This document shows positions 1 through 8,778 of a DNA stretch of 64,000 nucleotides, piece after piece. The stretch's first letter is position 1. Every line of letters starts with the position of its first letter. The stretch is taken from NCBI GenBank assembly GCA_965216465.1, contig CBDCFW010000004.1, positions 1-64,000 of the forward strand. Direction: 5' to 3'. Below the pieces are notes generated by a model. The model was not told the origin of the DNA. It worked only from the letters and a program-made list of their open reading frames with translations, and did not search any database. This DNA is from Bacteroidia bacterium. GTDB lineage: Bacteria; Bacteroidota; Bacteroidia; NS11-12g; UBA9320. The translations under genes were made by a program, and so were the position numbers.

Positions 1-40
1 CAAGGTTACTGCACCTCAATTTGTAAAATAGCTTTAAATA

Positions 41-1153
41 CTAGTGATGTTTCTTTAGCTCGTTGTCTTTAAATACAGCGGGAGAAATTCCTACATGGTT
101 CTTGAAATTCTGATAGAAAACAGATTTTGTTTTATAACCAACTTCGCTGCCAATGGCTTCAATTTTGTAATGCTTGTTTTTGAGAAGGAGCTCTTTCGCC
201 TTTTCAATTCGAGCCTTATTGATGTACTTCGGAAATGAATCACCATAATGAGCTTTAATTAAAAGAGAAAGATGTCTTGGACTGGTGTTTAAGCTGATTG
301 CACAAGACTTCAGATTGCAATTTTCATCCAAATAGAATTCTTGATTCATCAAGCGGTTCATCCCTTCTAACAAGTCGTGGTCTTTTTTCGTCTTTTCAGG
401 ATCAGCTTCTTTGAGAGTCTCTTTATATGGATTTGGATCCCGATTGAATACCAATAGCAATAGTGCACAATAAGAGATAAAATGAGATAGGTAAATTAGC
501 AGCGAAAAGGTATTAGTCTTAAACTTAAATAGTTTTAATGAGAGGTCTAAAGTAGAAATAGAATAAACAACAAGCAGGGTGATGTACAACCAAAACACCC
601 AGATAAACCCAGATTTAACAGTAAATGAAGTTTGGTTTATTTCCTTACGAATTCCATACAGCAATGTTACTGATTTGATAAGATAGAACATTCCCAGACC
701 GTAGGTGACAATCGCAAGAATGGTTCTGAGTCTGTCGAACCACCTTTCGGTAAGTAACTCAAGCTTAATATCTCCAGGCTGAATAAAGAATGGAATATAG
801 GCTAAGAATACAATGGAGGGAAAAATCAGATGAGTGATTATAGTTCGCCTGTTAAGCTCTTTTATATCGGTATATTGAATTATGTAGAAGTAAAATAGGA
901 GGGGGATGATCAAAGCAAGAACAATGTTGGTGTCTACTATGTGCGGATACGATCGAATAAGCTTAGTTCCTTCAATTACAGAGAGAAGAAATTTGATTCC
1001 AGTAAAAAGAAAAACAACAATGAGTAGAACGTCTCTTCGGTCTTTTTTAATCGAAGAAAGAAGCAACAAGATGGAAACTATGATGTAGTTAATAGCTAAT
1101 ACACCATTGGCAGTTTGCAGCTCAGATCTGTATTCTCGTATAAAGTCCCACAC
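41..1153 (-). CDS. Membrane-anchored AraC-family transcriptional regulator
   Basis: Multiple N-terminal hydrophobic helices; C-terminal AraC HTH signature KIEAIGSEVGYKTKSVFYQNFKNHVGISP. Confidence 0.85.
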   Translation of the reverse strand: MWDFIREYRSELQTANGVLAINYIIVSILLLLSSIKKDRRDVLLIVVFLFTGIKFLLSVIEGTKLIRSYPHIVDTNIVLALIIPLLFYFYIIQYTDIKELNRRTIITHLIFPSIVFLAYIPFFIQPGDIKLELLTERWFDRLRTILAIVTYGLGMFYLIKSVTLLYGIRKEINQTSFTVKSGFIWVFWLYITLLVVYSISTLDLSLKLFKFKTNTFSLLIYLSHFISYCALLLLVFNRDPNPYKETLKEADPEKTKKDHDLLEGMNRLMNQEFYLDENCNLKSCAISLNTSPRHLSLLIKAHYGDSFPKYINKARIEKAKELLLKNKHYKIEAIGSEVGYKTKSVFYQNFKNHVGISPAVFKDNELKKHH

Positions 1154-1215
1154 CTCGATTACGAAAATATAAATATTCTTGAATCTGTTAGATGTTGAAT
1201 GTGGGAAAGAGAAAC

Positions 1216-2049
1216 CTACTCTGTCCTCACCGTCGTTATTTCTATCTCAACCCTTCTGTCGTATTTGGCTTCCTTACCAGTTGGGAAATTTGAGCCAAGA
1301 CCTTCGTAACTTAATCGAGAGGCGTCGATGCCATTTTTGATAAGATAGTTGTAAATCATTTCAGCACGTGCAACGGATAGATTGAATTCACCTGTATCAA
1401 AGTCTTCGCCATCGTTACCAGGAGGCAGGCAGCAGATGTGACCAAGAATCTTGATTTCGTATTGGTCGTGTTCTTTTAAACTGTTTACAAGCTCATCGAG
1501 TGCTCCAACAGATTCTTTCAAAATATGGTGTCGGCCTCCCTGAAATAAAATGTTTTGTAAAACGATTTTATCACCAACTTTGAGTTCTTCGGTAATGGTT
1601 TGCTCCTGGGGTTCAGGTTCTTCGGGCTCAAAAACAATTTCTTCAATGTTATTCTTAACCGACCTGATATCGATTATGACATCAACCCTTCTATTTTGCT
1701 TTCGCTGTCCTGAAGAATCTCTAGTGTTAAGTTGAATTTCTCCGATGGCCTGAGATTCAATAGGGCCATTAAAGTCTATTTTTTCTATGGATTGGAGAAC
1801 GCTATTAATTCTATTTTGTGCCAGCTTGAGGTTGTAGTTTTTAGAGCCTCGATCATCACAATAGCCATAAAGCTGAATGCTATTGATGGTAGCGGAAAGT
1901 ATTTCTACATTGCTAACAATATTCTCTTGTTCTTTAGGAGATAGAATGTAACTATCAGTATCGAAATAAACAGAGAGTTTAATAGTGTCTTGAGCAAAGA
2001 GAGACGGACTAAAGCCTAATATTAATAAAAAAGAAAGCAGTTTTGACAT
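1216..2049 (-). CDS. OmpA-family protein with two OmpA-like peptidoglycan-binding domains
   Basis: Signal peptide; GYCDDRGSKNYNLKLAQNR...NRRVDV and GHICC...LSVARA...DRRVEI motifs. Confidence 0.85.
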   Translation of the reverse strand: MSKLLSFLLILGFSPSLFAQDTIKLSVYFDTDSYILSPKEQENIVSNVEILSATINSIQLYGYCDDRGSKNYNLKLAQNRINSVLQSIEKIDFNGPIESQAIGEIQLNTRDSSGQRKQNRRVDVIIDIRSVKNNIEEIVFEPEEPEPQEQTITEELKVGDKIVLQNILFQGGRHHILKESVGALDELVNSLKEHDQYEIKILGHICCLPPGNDGEDFDTGEFNLSVARAEMIYNYLIKNGIDASRLSYEGLGSNFPTGKEAKYDRRVEIEITTVRTE

Positions 2050-2187
2050 AGTGGTTGTGGTTGGAACTAATATAACTTGAAACGAAGTGAAAATCGTATG
2101 TGGGGTGTTTGGAAGTCAATATCTAAGATGAGATAGAGTGGTTTTCGCGATTTGCTATTTGATTTATGAAAGGAGGGTTGAATTATA

Positions 2188-3999
2188 TTAATCAATAAAA
2201 ACGATGGTTTGCTTAAAGCTTCCGCATGTTGTTTTGAACTTTGCTATATATGTTCCAACGGCCAAATCGAGGTTTATTTCATTTCCTATAATTTCATAAC
2301 TTTCAAAAATTAACTGACCCAGCATGTTATATATCTGGATTTCTAATAACTGTTCGCTCTCCCTTAGCTGTAAATTTCCATTACTTGGATTTGGGAAAAA
2401 ATATCCGTCCTTAAATCTAGTGCTCCAATCAATGTTTAGAGTTAATTGATGCAATGTGTCGCAGGACAATCCAGGCTCTAAATAAGAAACATTCTGTGTA
2501 TGGGTATAGGTCTGGCCATTTATCCAGGTGTATGAATCGCATGCTACATCGAGATAATATGATTTGTAATATATACAAGGTGAAATTTTTAATAAAAATC
2601 CATCATTTAGACCGTTGGAGTTAAGCTCCACGTAATTGCCACCGAAACTAAAGTCTGCTTGCATGGAATAAGAACCGGTCAAATATATTTCTGTAAGATG
2701 ATTCACATGCACTCCTCTTGCTCCTTCTGGACCTATAGAACCAGCAGTCTCAATCCACTTAAGATTTCCTTGATTGTTTAGTTTAATTAAAAATATATCT
2801 GTCGAACCTTGATTCAAGTTGGACTTAATTGATTCACCATTAAATCCTAGTCCGTCACTGGAAAATTCACCACATGCGAAAATGTTCAAGGAATCATCTA
2901 TATCTAAACCCCAGATTCGGTCAAAATCAACTCCTCCTATGGTCCTAATCCAGATTGTTTCACCTACTGAATTTAATTTTTGAATAAATCCATCTCTCGA
3001 ACCATAAGAATTAACTGAATGTGTTGAGTTTTGTTCTTCGATTACAAAACTATTTTCGATACCGCCAGCACAAAATATTGAGCCGTTGCCAGCCAAAGTT
3101 AGCGATCTGCCCCAATCATCGTCTTGGCCGCCATAAGTTTTTGTCCATAATACATTCCCATTTCCATCCCACTTAGATACCCAAATATCCCTACCGCCAT
3201 TTGAGGTCCGTATATCTGCAGTTCCTACAGGATCAAAATTCATTGACCCTTGAAAATTTCCAAGCATGATTAAATTTCCATTATTATCAATTTCAATATC
3301 CAAAATATAATCATTGCCATTGCTGCCAAGTCCTTGGGCCCAAACCAGCTCACCACCTTCACTCAATTTTGTGATGTAATAGTCCCAGTTGCCGTGTGAA
3401 GTTATTTGATGAGTTGAAGGTCCTGGGTCAAAATCAGCTGTTGAGTAAAATCTGCCAACGTTGTAGACGTTCCCTGTTACGTCAACTCTTATTGCTTCTG
3501 GTTCATCTACCCCAGATCCTCCGAAGCTTCGAGCCCATTGCATACTTCCTGCCGAATCCAGTTTTAAGATAAAAACATCATCCTGACCACTACTTGTTAG
3601 GTTTACTTGATTTCCATCGAAATGAGATACTGTACTGTTGAATGAACCGGTAAAATAGAGCATCCCAGAGTCATCAACAAAGATATCTTCGCCCATGTCA
3701 TGACCTGATCCAGAAATTGATTTGACCCAAATTAGGCTTCCGTCTGATGTATATTTGGCAATAAAAGCGTCCCTACCTCCAGTAGAGGTTAGTTCAGCTA
3801 CGTCTTCAGAATTATCAAAGTCTACTTTGCCTGTAAAGTACCCAACGGCAAAAACATTTCCTTGATCATCGGTGTATGTAGAACGAGCAAAGTCTTGGCC
3901 TATACCCCCTTGAGTAGCTACCCACCTAACGTTGGCTTGTTGTGAAAATCCAAGGATGTACGTGCAAAGTGCGGTAAACAGAATTATTGGACGAATCAT
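2188..3999 (-). CDS. T9SS type A sorting-domain protein with beta-propeller (SBBP-like) repeats
   Basis: Signal peptide; repeated D..GN.Y..G.F...DFDP...TS.G..D.FI.K....G...W units; C-terminal FPNPSNG...IYNMLGQ...GTYIAK. Confidence 0.8.
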   Translation of the reverse strand: MIRPIILFTALCTYILGFSQQANVRWVATQGGIGQDFARSTYTDDQGNVFAVGYFTGKVDFDNSEDVAELTSTGGRDAFIAKYTSDGSLIWVKSISGSGHDMGEDIFVDDSGMLYFTGSFNSTVSHFDGNQVNLTSSGQDDVFILKLDSAGSMQWARSFGGSGVDEPEAIRVDVTGNVYNVGRFYSTADFDPGPSTHQITSHGNWDYYITKLSEGGELVWAQGLGSNGNDYILDIEIDNNGNLIMLGNFQGSMNFDPVGTADIRTSNGGRDIWVSKWDGNGNVLWTKTYGGQDDDWGRSLTLAGNGSIFCAGGIENSFVIEEQNSTHSVNSYGSRDGFIQKLNSVGETIWIRTIGGVDFDRIWGLDIDDSLNIFACGEFSSDGLGFNGESIKSNLNQGSTDIFLIKLNNQGNLKWIETAGSIGPEGARGVHVNHLTEIYLTGSYSMQADFSFGGNYVELNSNGLNDGFLLKISPCIYYKSYYLDVACDSYTWINGQTYTHTQNVSYLEPGLSCDTLHQLTLNIDWSTRFKDGYFFPNPSNGNLQLRESEQLLEIQIYNMLGQLIFESYEIIGNEINLDLAVGTYIAKFKTTCGSFKQTIVFID

Positions 4000-4170
4000 G
4001 GGGCTTCAACTTACGTAATGCTTGTCTAGTAATAGACTGACAAGTTTGCAAGATAGATAAAATTACTTTGCATGGCAAGCTTGTAACGCTTTTGTGGCTG
4101 TGAAAAATAGGACTCCAATCTGTTGAGGATTTCGCGTAAGTTTTTTAGGTTTTCAGAAGGTTGTCAGCCT

Positions 4171-4869
4171 TTAATCGAAAGTCACAAATCCATCTGCTCC
4201 CCATGAACCTGATACCCCTTCTGGAGCGTTAAATGATCCTGATCCGTCTTTTTTGATTTGCATGGCCCAATGATCATAGCCTAAATCATAGTAGAGGTAC
4301 GTAGCTGTATCGGTGCGTTCCCAAGAATGAATGCTAGGAAGTATCCACACATACGAGCTTGTACCCTCAGATTTGTCAAGCGTTTGGTATGCGAAATTTG
4401 GTCCAAAATATGAAGTGTCTTTGCGAACCATAAACTCGAGCGTGTTACTTCTAAAGAACATGAGTGTGTCAATTCCATTACTATTCACATACGAGGCGAG
4501 ATAATCTTCATTACTAATATCCAGTCCTGAAAAAACATAAGTTTCAATAAATTCTGGAGTATGAGGTGGTTGTTCGACAGTTAGCTCGGTATATCTTTCA
4601 TCTACCTTAAACAAGCTGTCTCTGTGATTGATTAAAACTGATTTAGTTCTTAATATGTGATGTAAATAGTTGAATTTCCATCCGCTGTCAGCCGGACTGC
4701 AACTGAAATTAGGGACATATAAATCATCCGTGTTACCCAAGAGAATTGGGATGTCAATTGTTGGTTCTGGTGTAACTTCTTTTTCAGAACACCCATGAAT
4801 TACTACTATAGAAAGTAGGGTCAAACAGAGCGTAATATTTTTTAATCGAGATGGAGTAGATGGGTTCAT
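4171..4869 (-). CDS. Hypothetical lipoprotein
   Basis: 232-aa ORF with hydrophobic stretch and lipobox-like IHGC; no recognised family. Confidence 0.55.
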   Translation of the reverse strand: MNPSTPSRLKNITLCLTLLSIVVIHGCSEKEVTPEPTIDIPILLGNTDDLYVPNFSCSPADSGWKFNYLHHILRTKSVLINHRDSLFKVDERYTELTVEQPPHTPEFIETYVFSGLDISNEDYLASYVNSNGIDTLMFFRSNTLEFMVRKDTSYFGPNFAYQTLDKSEGTSSYVWILPSIHSWERTDTATYLYYDLGYDHWAMQIKKDGSGSFNAPEGVSGSWGADGFVTFD

Positions 4870-5139
4870 GATGTAATACGATTATGTTGTTAAACTATTC
4901 TGACTTCAAAACAACTTAACTCTTCGCTGCTAAGCTTTAACAATTGTATCTTGTTTGAGGATTATTGTAACATGGTCTGTAAGGTGTTGAAAATGAGTTG
5001 TATGTGAATCATATATTCGATAGTTTAATTCTCAGAGTACTTAGAATATCATCAAGCAGTATTCTAAATAATAAAATTGTGGTAAACTGTATTCAACTTT
5101 TAGATTGGATGCAATTAACTAACTTTACATTTTTAATCT

Positions 5140-6507
5140 ATGAAAACCATCCTAAACTCCCTAGCGAGAAGTCAAGCTGTTAATCATATTTTTTTCTTTG
5201 TTTTAGGGGTTTTTGCTGTTGTTTATTACCAGGAAAGGATGACCTCAGATGCGGGTTACTTTATCTTAAGATTAATAAATACAGAGTCTGTTTGGGTTGA
5301 GTATAACCGGTTTATTCTCATTTTTGCACAAGTGCTGCCCTATATGGGTATCAAATTGGGTTTAAATCTTAAAGCAATTACACTCCTGTATTCCCTAAAT
5401 CATGTGGTGTTCAACTACCTAATATTTCTAATTTGCTTCTATATTTTTAATAACAAGTATGCAGGAATACTCTTGTTGTTGTTACAAACACTAACGATAG
5501 GTGCAGGTTTTTTTACTCCATCTTTTGAACTGTATTATGGGGCTTCGTTGATGGTGTTATTTTCAGTGATATTGTTTTACAAATCATTTAAGTTTAAATG
5601 GGTCCTACTTACCTTTATAGGTCTGACTGTTCTTTTAGGTCACCCGTTTGGTACACTACTTTTCTGTTACGTTCTGGCATTTCACTTTTTTCAACACAAA
5701 TTCAAATACATAAAGGCTTACATCTTCTTTGCACTCCTAATTCTTGCCGCGTATATATTTAAGAAATACACAGCTAGTGATTATGAAATCGCTAAATCAA
5801 ATGGCTTCTTAAACACGCTAAATACGGCGGTATATGATATTAACTACATGAGAAATCTATGGCGTTATCTAACATCATATTATTTAGAGCTTTTAGCTGT
5901 AGGAGGTTTGCTCGTTTCTATAGAACTAAAGAGAAAGGCTTATTCGAATCTCGCTTTTATCATACTTGTATTCCTAGCTTCATTAGCATTGTTCAATGTT
6001 GCGTTTTACGGTTTCGATCACAACCGATACCATGAGCAAGTTTATTTTCCGTTAGCTTTTATTCTTTGTTATCCTTTTACACATTTTACAGAAGGCTGGA
6101 AATCTAAATCAAAATTCGCGTTTTCAATTGTCGCTTATACCATCATCTGTTTTAGGTTGATAGTAATTAATGATAATGGAATTGAATTAAAGTCCCGCAT
6201 AGTTGAAATGAAAAGTTTAATCGATCGTGCATCAAGTCAAAATATAACAAAGGTTATCGTTGCTGAAGATAGTTTAGCTCATCCCGCAAATTGGTCATAT
6301 GCCATAGAAAGCTTAATTATTTCTTCGCTAGATGGTAAAATGAATTCAGTTTCAATATGTACAGATACCGACATGGAATACAACAATAACCAAGATTCCA
6401 TTTCCAAAAATCAATACGTATTCAGACGGTGGGAAATTTATGATCACACCGATTTAAACAGACGGTATTTTGAGTTAGAGGATGAGGAGTATGTTCTTCT
6501 CAAGTAA
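5140..6507 (+). CDS. Hypothetical polytopic membrane protein (possibly GT-C-like glycosyltransferase)
   Basis: 455 aa, about 10 TM segments, early acidic loop ERMTSDAGY, soluble C-terminus; function is inference. Confidence 0.55.
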   Translation: MKTILNSLARSQAVNHIFFFVLGVFAVVYYQERMTSDAGYFILRLINTESVWVEYNRFILIFAQVLPYMGIKLGLNLKAITLLYSLNHVVFNYLIFLICFYIFNNKYAGILLLLLQTLTIGAGFFTPSFELYYGASLMVLFSVILFYKSFKFKWVLLTFIGLTVLLGHPFGTLLFCYVLAFHFFQHKFKYIKAYIFFALLILAAYIFKKYTASDYEIAKSNGFLNTLNTAVYDINYMRNLWRYLTSYYLELLAVGGLLVSIELKRKAYSNLAFIILVFLASLALFNVAFYGFDHNRYHEQVYFPLAFILCYPFTHFTEGWKSKSKFAFSIVAYTIICFRLIVINDNGIELKSRIVEMKSLIDRASSQNITKVIVAEDSLAHPANWSYAIESLIISSLDGKMNSVSICTDTDMEYNNNQDSISKNQYVFRRWEIYDHTDLNRRYFELEDEEYVLLK

Positions 6508-6613
6508 AGAAATAAAGTCAATAATTAATGAAATGTTATTCATTATTTGAAATGCAGGTTTATTAAAAGATTAAGGACTTTAATGGCTGAACAGAAGTTA
6601 TAACTAGCTGAAA

Positions 6614-7120
6614 TTATTCAAAAGATGGTGAGGGTGGGGGCACGGGAGCTTGTGGTTTAGGACATTTATAAAAACAGGAAGTATCTGATAAAATCAAGTC
6701 TTGCAGCCTTTGGTCGTGGTCGTAAACCCAAACTTCTTTATACGAAGGCCAGTCTAATGATCTTTCAATTAACAACCTGCTAAGATTGTCGTAAAAGGTA
6801 TACGTGCGACCATCACTTGGTGTTCCTCGGTGTTTTGAATTATCTATTCTTGTAACTGTGTACTTTTTTCCGTCCAAAAAGTACTCTTTCGAAGTAAACT
6901 GGTAGCCGGAGTCTTGCCGGCCATAAGACCAAGTGAAGGTCCGGTTGTTAATTGTTTTGGTGATAATCACTGAATCTGCGGCAAGAACAACGAAAGCTTG
7001 AGCTGATAAAGTATCAATTTTGTAGCGATGATACTCGTATAAAGTTGTACTATAATCAATCTCATTTGAGCATCCATAGATCAGGAAGGCTATAGTTAGA
7101 TAGAGGTAATTTCGAGCCAC
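6614..7120 (-). CDS. Hypothetical lipoprotein
   Basis: Lipobox IYGC, Pro-rich C-terminus; TACATTTG promoter box just upstream of the GTG start. Confidence 0.55.
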   Translation of the reverse strand: MARNYLYLTIAFLIYGCSNEIDYSTTLYEYHRYKIDTLSAQAFVVLAADSVIITKTINNRTFTWSYGRQDSGYQFTSKEYFLDGKKYTVTRIDNSKHRGTPSDGRTYTFYDNLSRLLIERSLDWPSYKEVWVYDHDQRLQDLILSDTSCFYKCPKPQAPVPPPSPSFE

Positions 7121-7271
7121 ATCTCAAATGTAGTGAAAGGGTGATGAAAATTTTGAATATAAGTTGTGTTTGATTCTGTGCTGTAGGTGACGCAAACAAG
7201 GTGTATAAAAAAAGACCTAGAGTTTTCTCACAACTGTTGTCGGGATCAAGTGCCAGGTGAACCAAGAAGTG

Positions 7272-7400
7272 GATCAAAGTCCAGTCCGCTTACAGCGTCC
7301 TAAGGTCCTTTTTCTTTTGAAAAAAGTCTGAGCGAGCTCACTTTTTCCAATAAAAAAAGTCCCACCCCAAATGGGCCAGGACTTTGATCATTTTGCGCCC
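7272..7400. repeat. Palindromic element copy 1 plus tRNA 3'-tip remnant
   Basis: Terminal inverted repeats GATCAAAGTCC 7272-7282 / GGACTTTGATC 7379-7389; central hairpin 7321-7346; GCGCCC at 7395-7400; similar to 8443-8570. Confidence 0.75.
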
Positions 7401-7515
7401 CTTGTTACACAGAGTTGCAGCCAAAACTCGCCTTGTGAAAGGATATACTCTATTGGTTTTATTGAAAAATTGATGAAAGAAGTTAACTAAAGTTGGAGCA
7501 GAGGGAGGCGGAAGA

Positions 7516-8019
7516 TTATCGAACTTTTGATTGTGACTTCTTTCCTTTTTTCGGAGAGGTTAACTCGAAAGCATCATCCATAGTGATTGGAGTGAAGTGA
7601 TCTGACTCTTCAATCAGAACCGCTGCTGTATTTTTTTCCACTGCAGCTATTTCAACTCTTACTCCTCTTGATTTTAAGTACCGAACTAGTTCAACATAGT
7701 CGGAGTCTCCGCTAAGGATTATTATTGTGTCTACCTTTTGGGCAATTTGCATTGCAAAGATGGTAAGGGGAATATCAGCTGATTTGTAACAAGGAACAAC
7801 GCTTCCATGGAAGTTATCTAACAACCTTTCTGCAAGTTTTGAGCTAATGTCCTTCCCCTCTCGAAAATAGACGAGTCGATTAAGTGCTCGATCCCCAAGT
7901 AATCTTGGAACCAGGGTGTCAAAATTGGCAAAAACATTTTTGCTTAGAAGGCTTTGCAAGCTCCTTTCAATATTATTTCCATCTATGAGGATAGCTACGC
8001 ATTGGTCTATTTGAATCAT
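7516..8019 (-). CDS. NYN domain (LabA/DUF88, PIN-like) putative ribonuclease
   Basis: AILIDGNNI, ADI, ILSGDSDY..LV..L...GVRVE motifs with the acidic catalytic residues; TACCTTTG promoter box at 8033-8040 (-). Confidence 0.88.
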   Translation of the reverse strand: MIQIDQCVAILIDGNNIERSLQSLLSKNVFANFDTLVPRLLGDRALNRLVYFREGKDISSKLAERLLDNFHGSVVPCYKSADIPLTIFAMQIAQKVDTIIILSGDSDYVELVRYLKSRGVRVEIAAVEKNTAAVLIEESDHFTPITMDDAFELTSPKKGKKSQSKVR

Positions 8020-8328
8020 GTGTGTTTTGTTTCAAAGGTAATTCAGAATGCCATAAAGAAAAGGGGTATACCGGATGTCGTGGAAGGAACATGAACCCTG
8101 TCCAACCTTAGGGTACTAAAAATTCGATCTTTTCCATTTCCGGTAGCGAGAAGCAGACGATTACGAGCCTTTGATTCTGTCACTTTTCATTACACTAAGT
8201 TGCAAAATATCGTATAGGGTTGAACTACAGAGTACTATTTCAGAAGCAATTAAGGTAAGATACAATGATGATACACGAATTATCTGCTTAATGCAAGTCT
8301 GTTCCCCAGCTTCTATAGTCTATAAAAC

Positions 8329-8361
8329 AAAAAACAGTTACACTATAAAAGTATAACCGTT
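8329..8361 (-). terminator. Probable intrinsic terminator following a degenerate tRNA 3' end
   Basis: Minus strand AACGGTTATACT-TTTAT-AGTGTAACTGTT (12 bp with G-U pairs) followed by a T-run. Confidence 0.5.
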
Positions 8362-8442
8362 GTATCATTATATCTGGCGCCCCATTTTGGATTACTCTTT
8401 ACACTTCGTTCCAGTCGTGATCCCGTCGTTGCCGAAAAGGGA

Positions 8443-8557
8443 ATCAAAGCCTTCATCCTGTGTTGCAGTCTGTTAAGACTTTTTTCTGTCCAGAAGTTTG
8501 AGCTAGCTCACTTCTGCCCAATAAAAAAGCCCTCCCACGAAGTGGGAAGGCTTTGAT
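8443..8557. repeat. Palindromic element copy 2 (contains the tRNA-Asn terminator)
   Basis: Perfect 12-bp inverted repeats ATCAAAGCCTTC 8443-8454 / GAAGGCTTTGAT 8546-8557; central hairpin 8491-8516. Confidence 0.75.
8523..8554 (-). terminator. Intrinsic terminator of tRNA-Asn
   Basis: Minus strand AAAGCCTTCCCAC-TTC-GTGGGAGGGCTTTTTT, 10 nt downstream of the tRNA. Confidence 0.8.
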
Positions 8558-8564
8558 CATTTAG

Positions 8565-8638
8565 CGCCCTCACCTGGACTCGAACCAGGGACCTGCGGAT
8601 TAACAGTCCGTCGCTCTAACCAACTGAGCTATGAAGGC
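8565..8638 (-). tRNA. tRNA-Asn (GTT), CCA not encoded
   Basis: GCCTTCA/TGAGGGC acceptor stem, D arm AGCTCAGTTGGTTAGAGC, anticodon loop CTGTTAA, T loop GTTCGAGTC; TATTTTTG promoter box at 8659-8666 (-). Confidence 0.96.
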
Positions 8639-8714
8639 GTGCTTTTGTAAAGCGAGTGCAAAAATAAGTTTTTATTTTAAACGCAAAATCTTTTTTGAAG
8701 AATATTTTACAGAT

Positions 8715-8754
8715 AAAAAAGAGCTCGTTTAGACTAACCAAACGAGCTCTTTTT
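8715..8754. terminator. Intrinsic terminator (bidirectional form) downstream of the 8779-9654 gene
   Basis: A6-GAGCTCGTTT-loop-AAACGAGCTC-T5. Confidence 0.8.
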
Positions 8755-8778
8755 CGTATTAAATAACTGGTGTTTGGT

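Noticed and set aside
8044-8178. Minus-strand frame reading NRLLLATGNGK, resembling a helicase/HsdR Walker A motif
   Set aside because: Only ~45 codons with no further helicase motifs; similarity too short to call a pseudogene
8171-8356. 61-aa ORF inside the islet
   Set aside because: TTG start, no recognisable features, and it overlaps a minus-strand terminator; likely spurious
7272-8570. CRISPR array or integron attC array interpretation of the repeats
   Set aside because: Only two diverged copies ~1.17 kb apart, no regular spacers, no cas or intI gene, and no clear RYYYAAC/GTTRRRY ends
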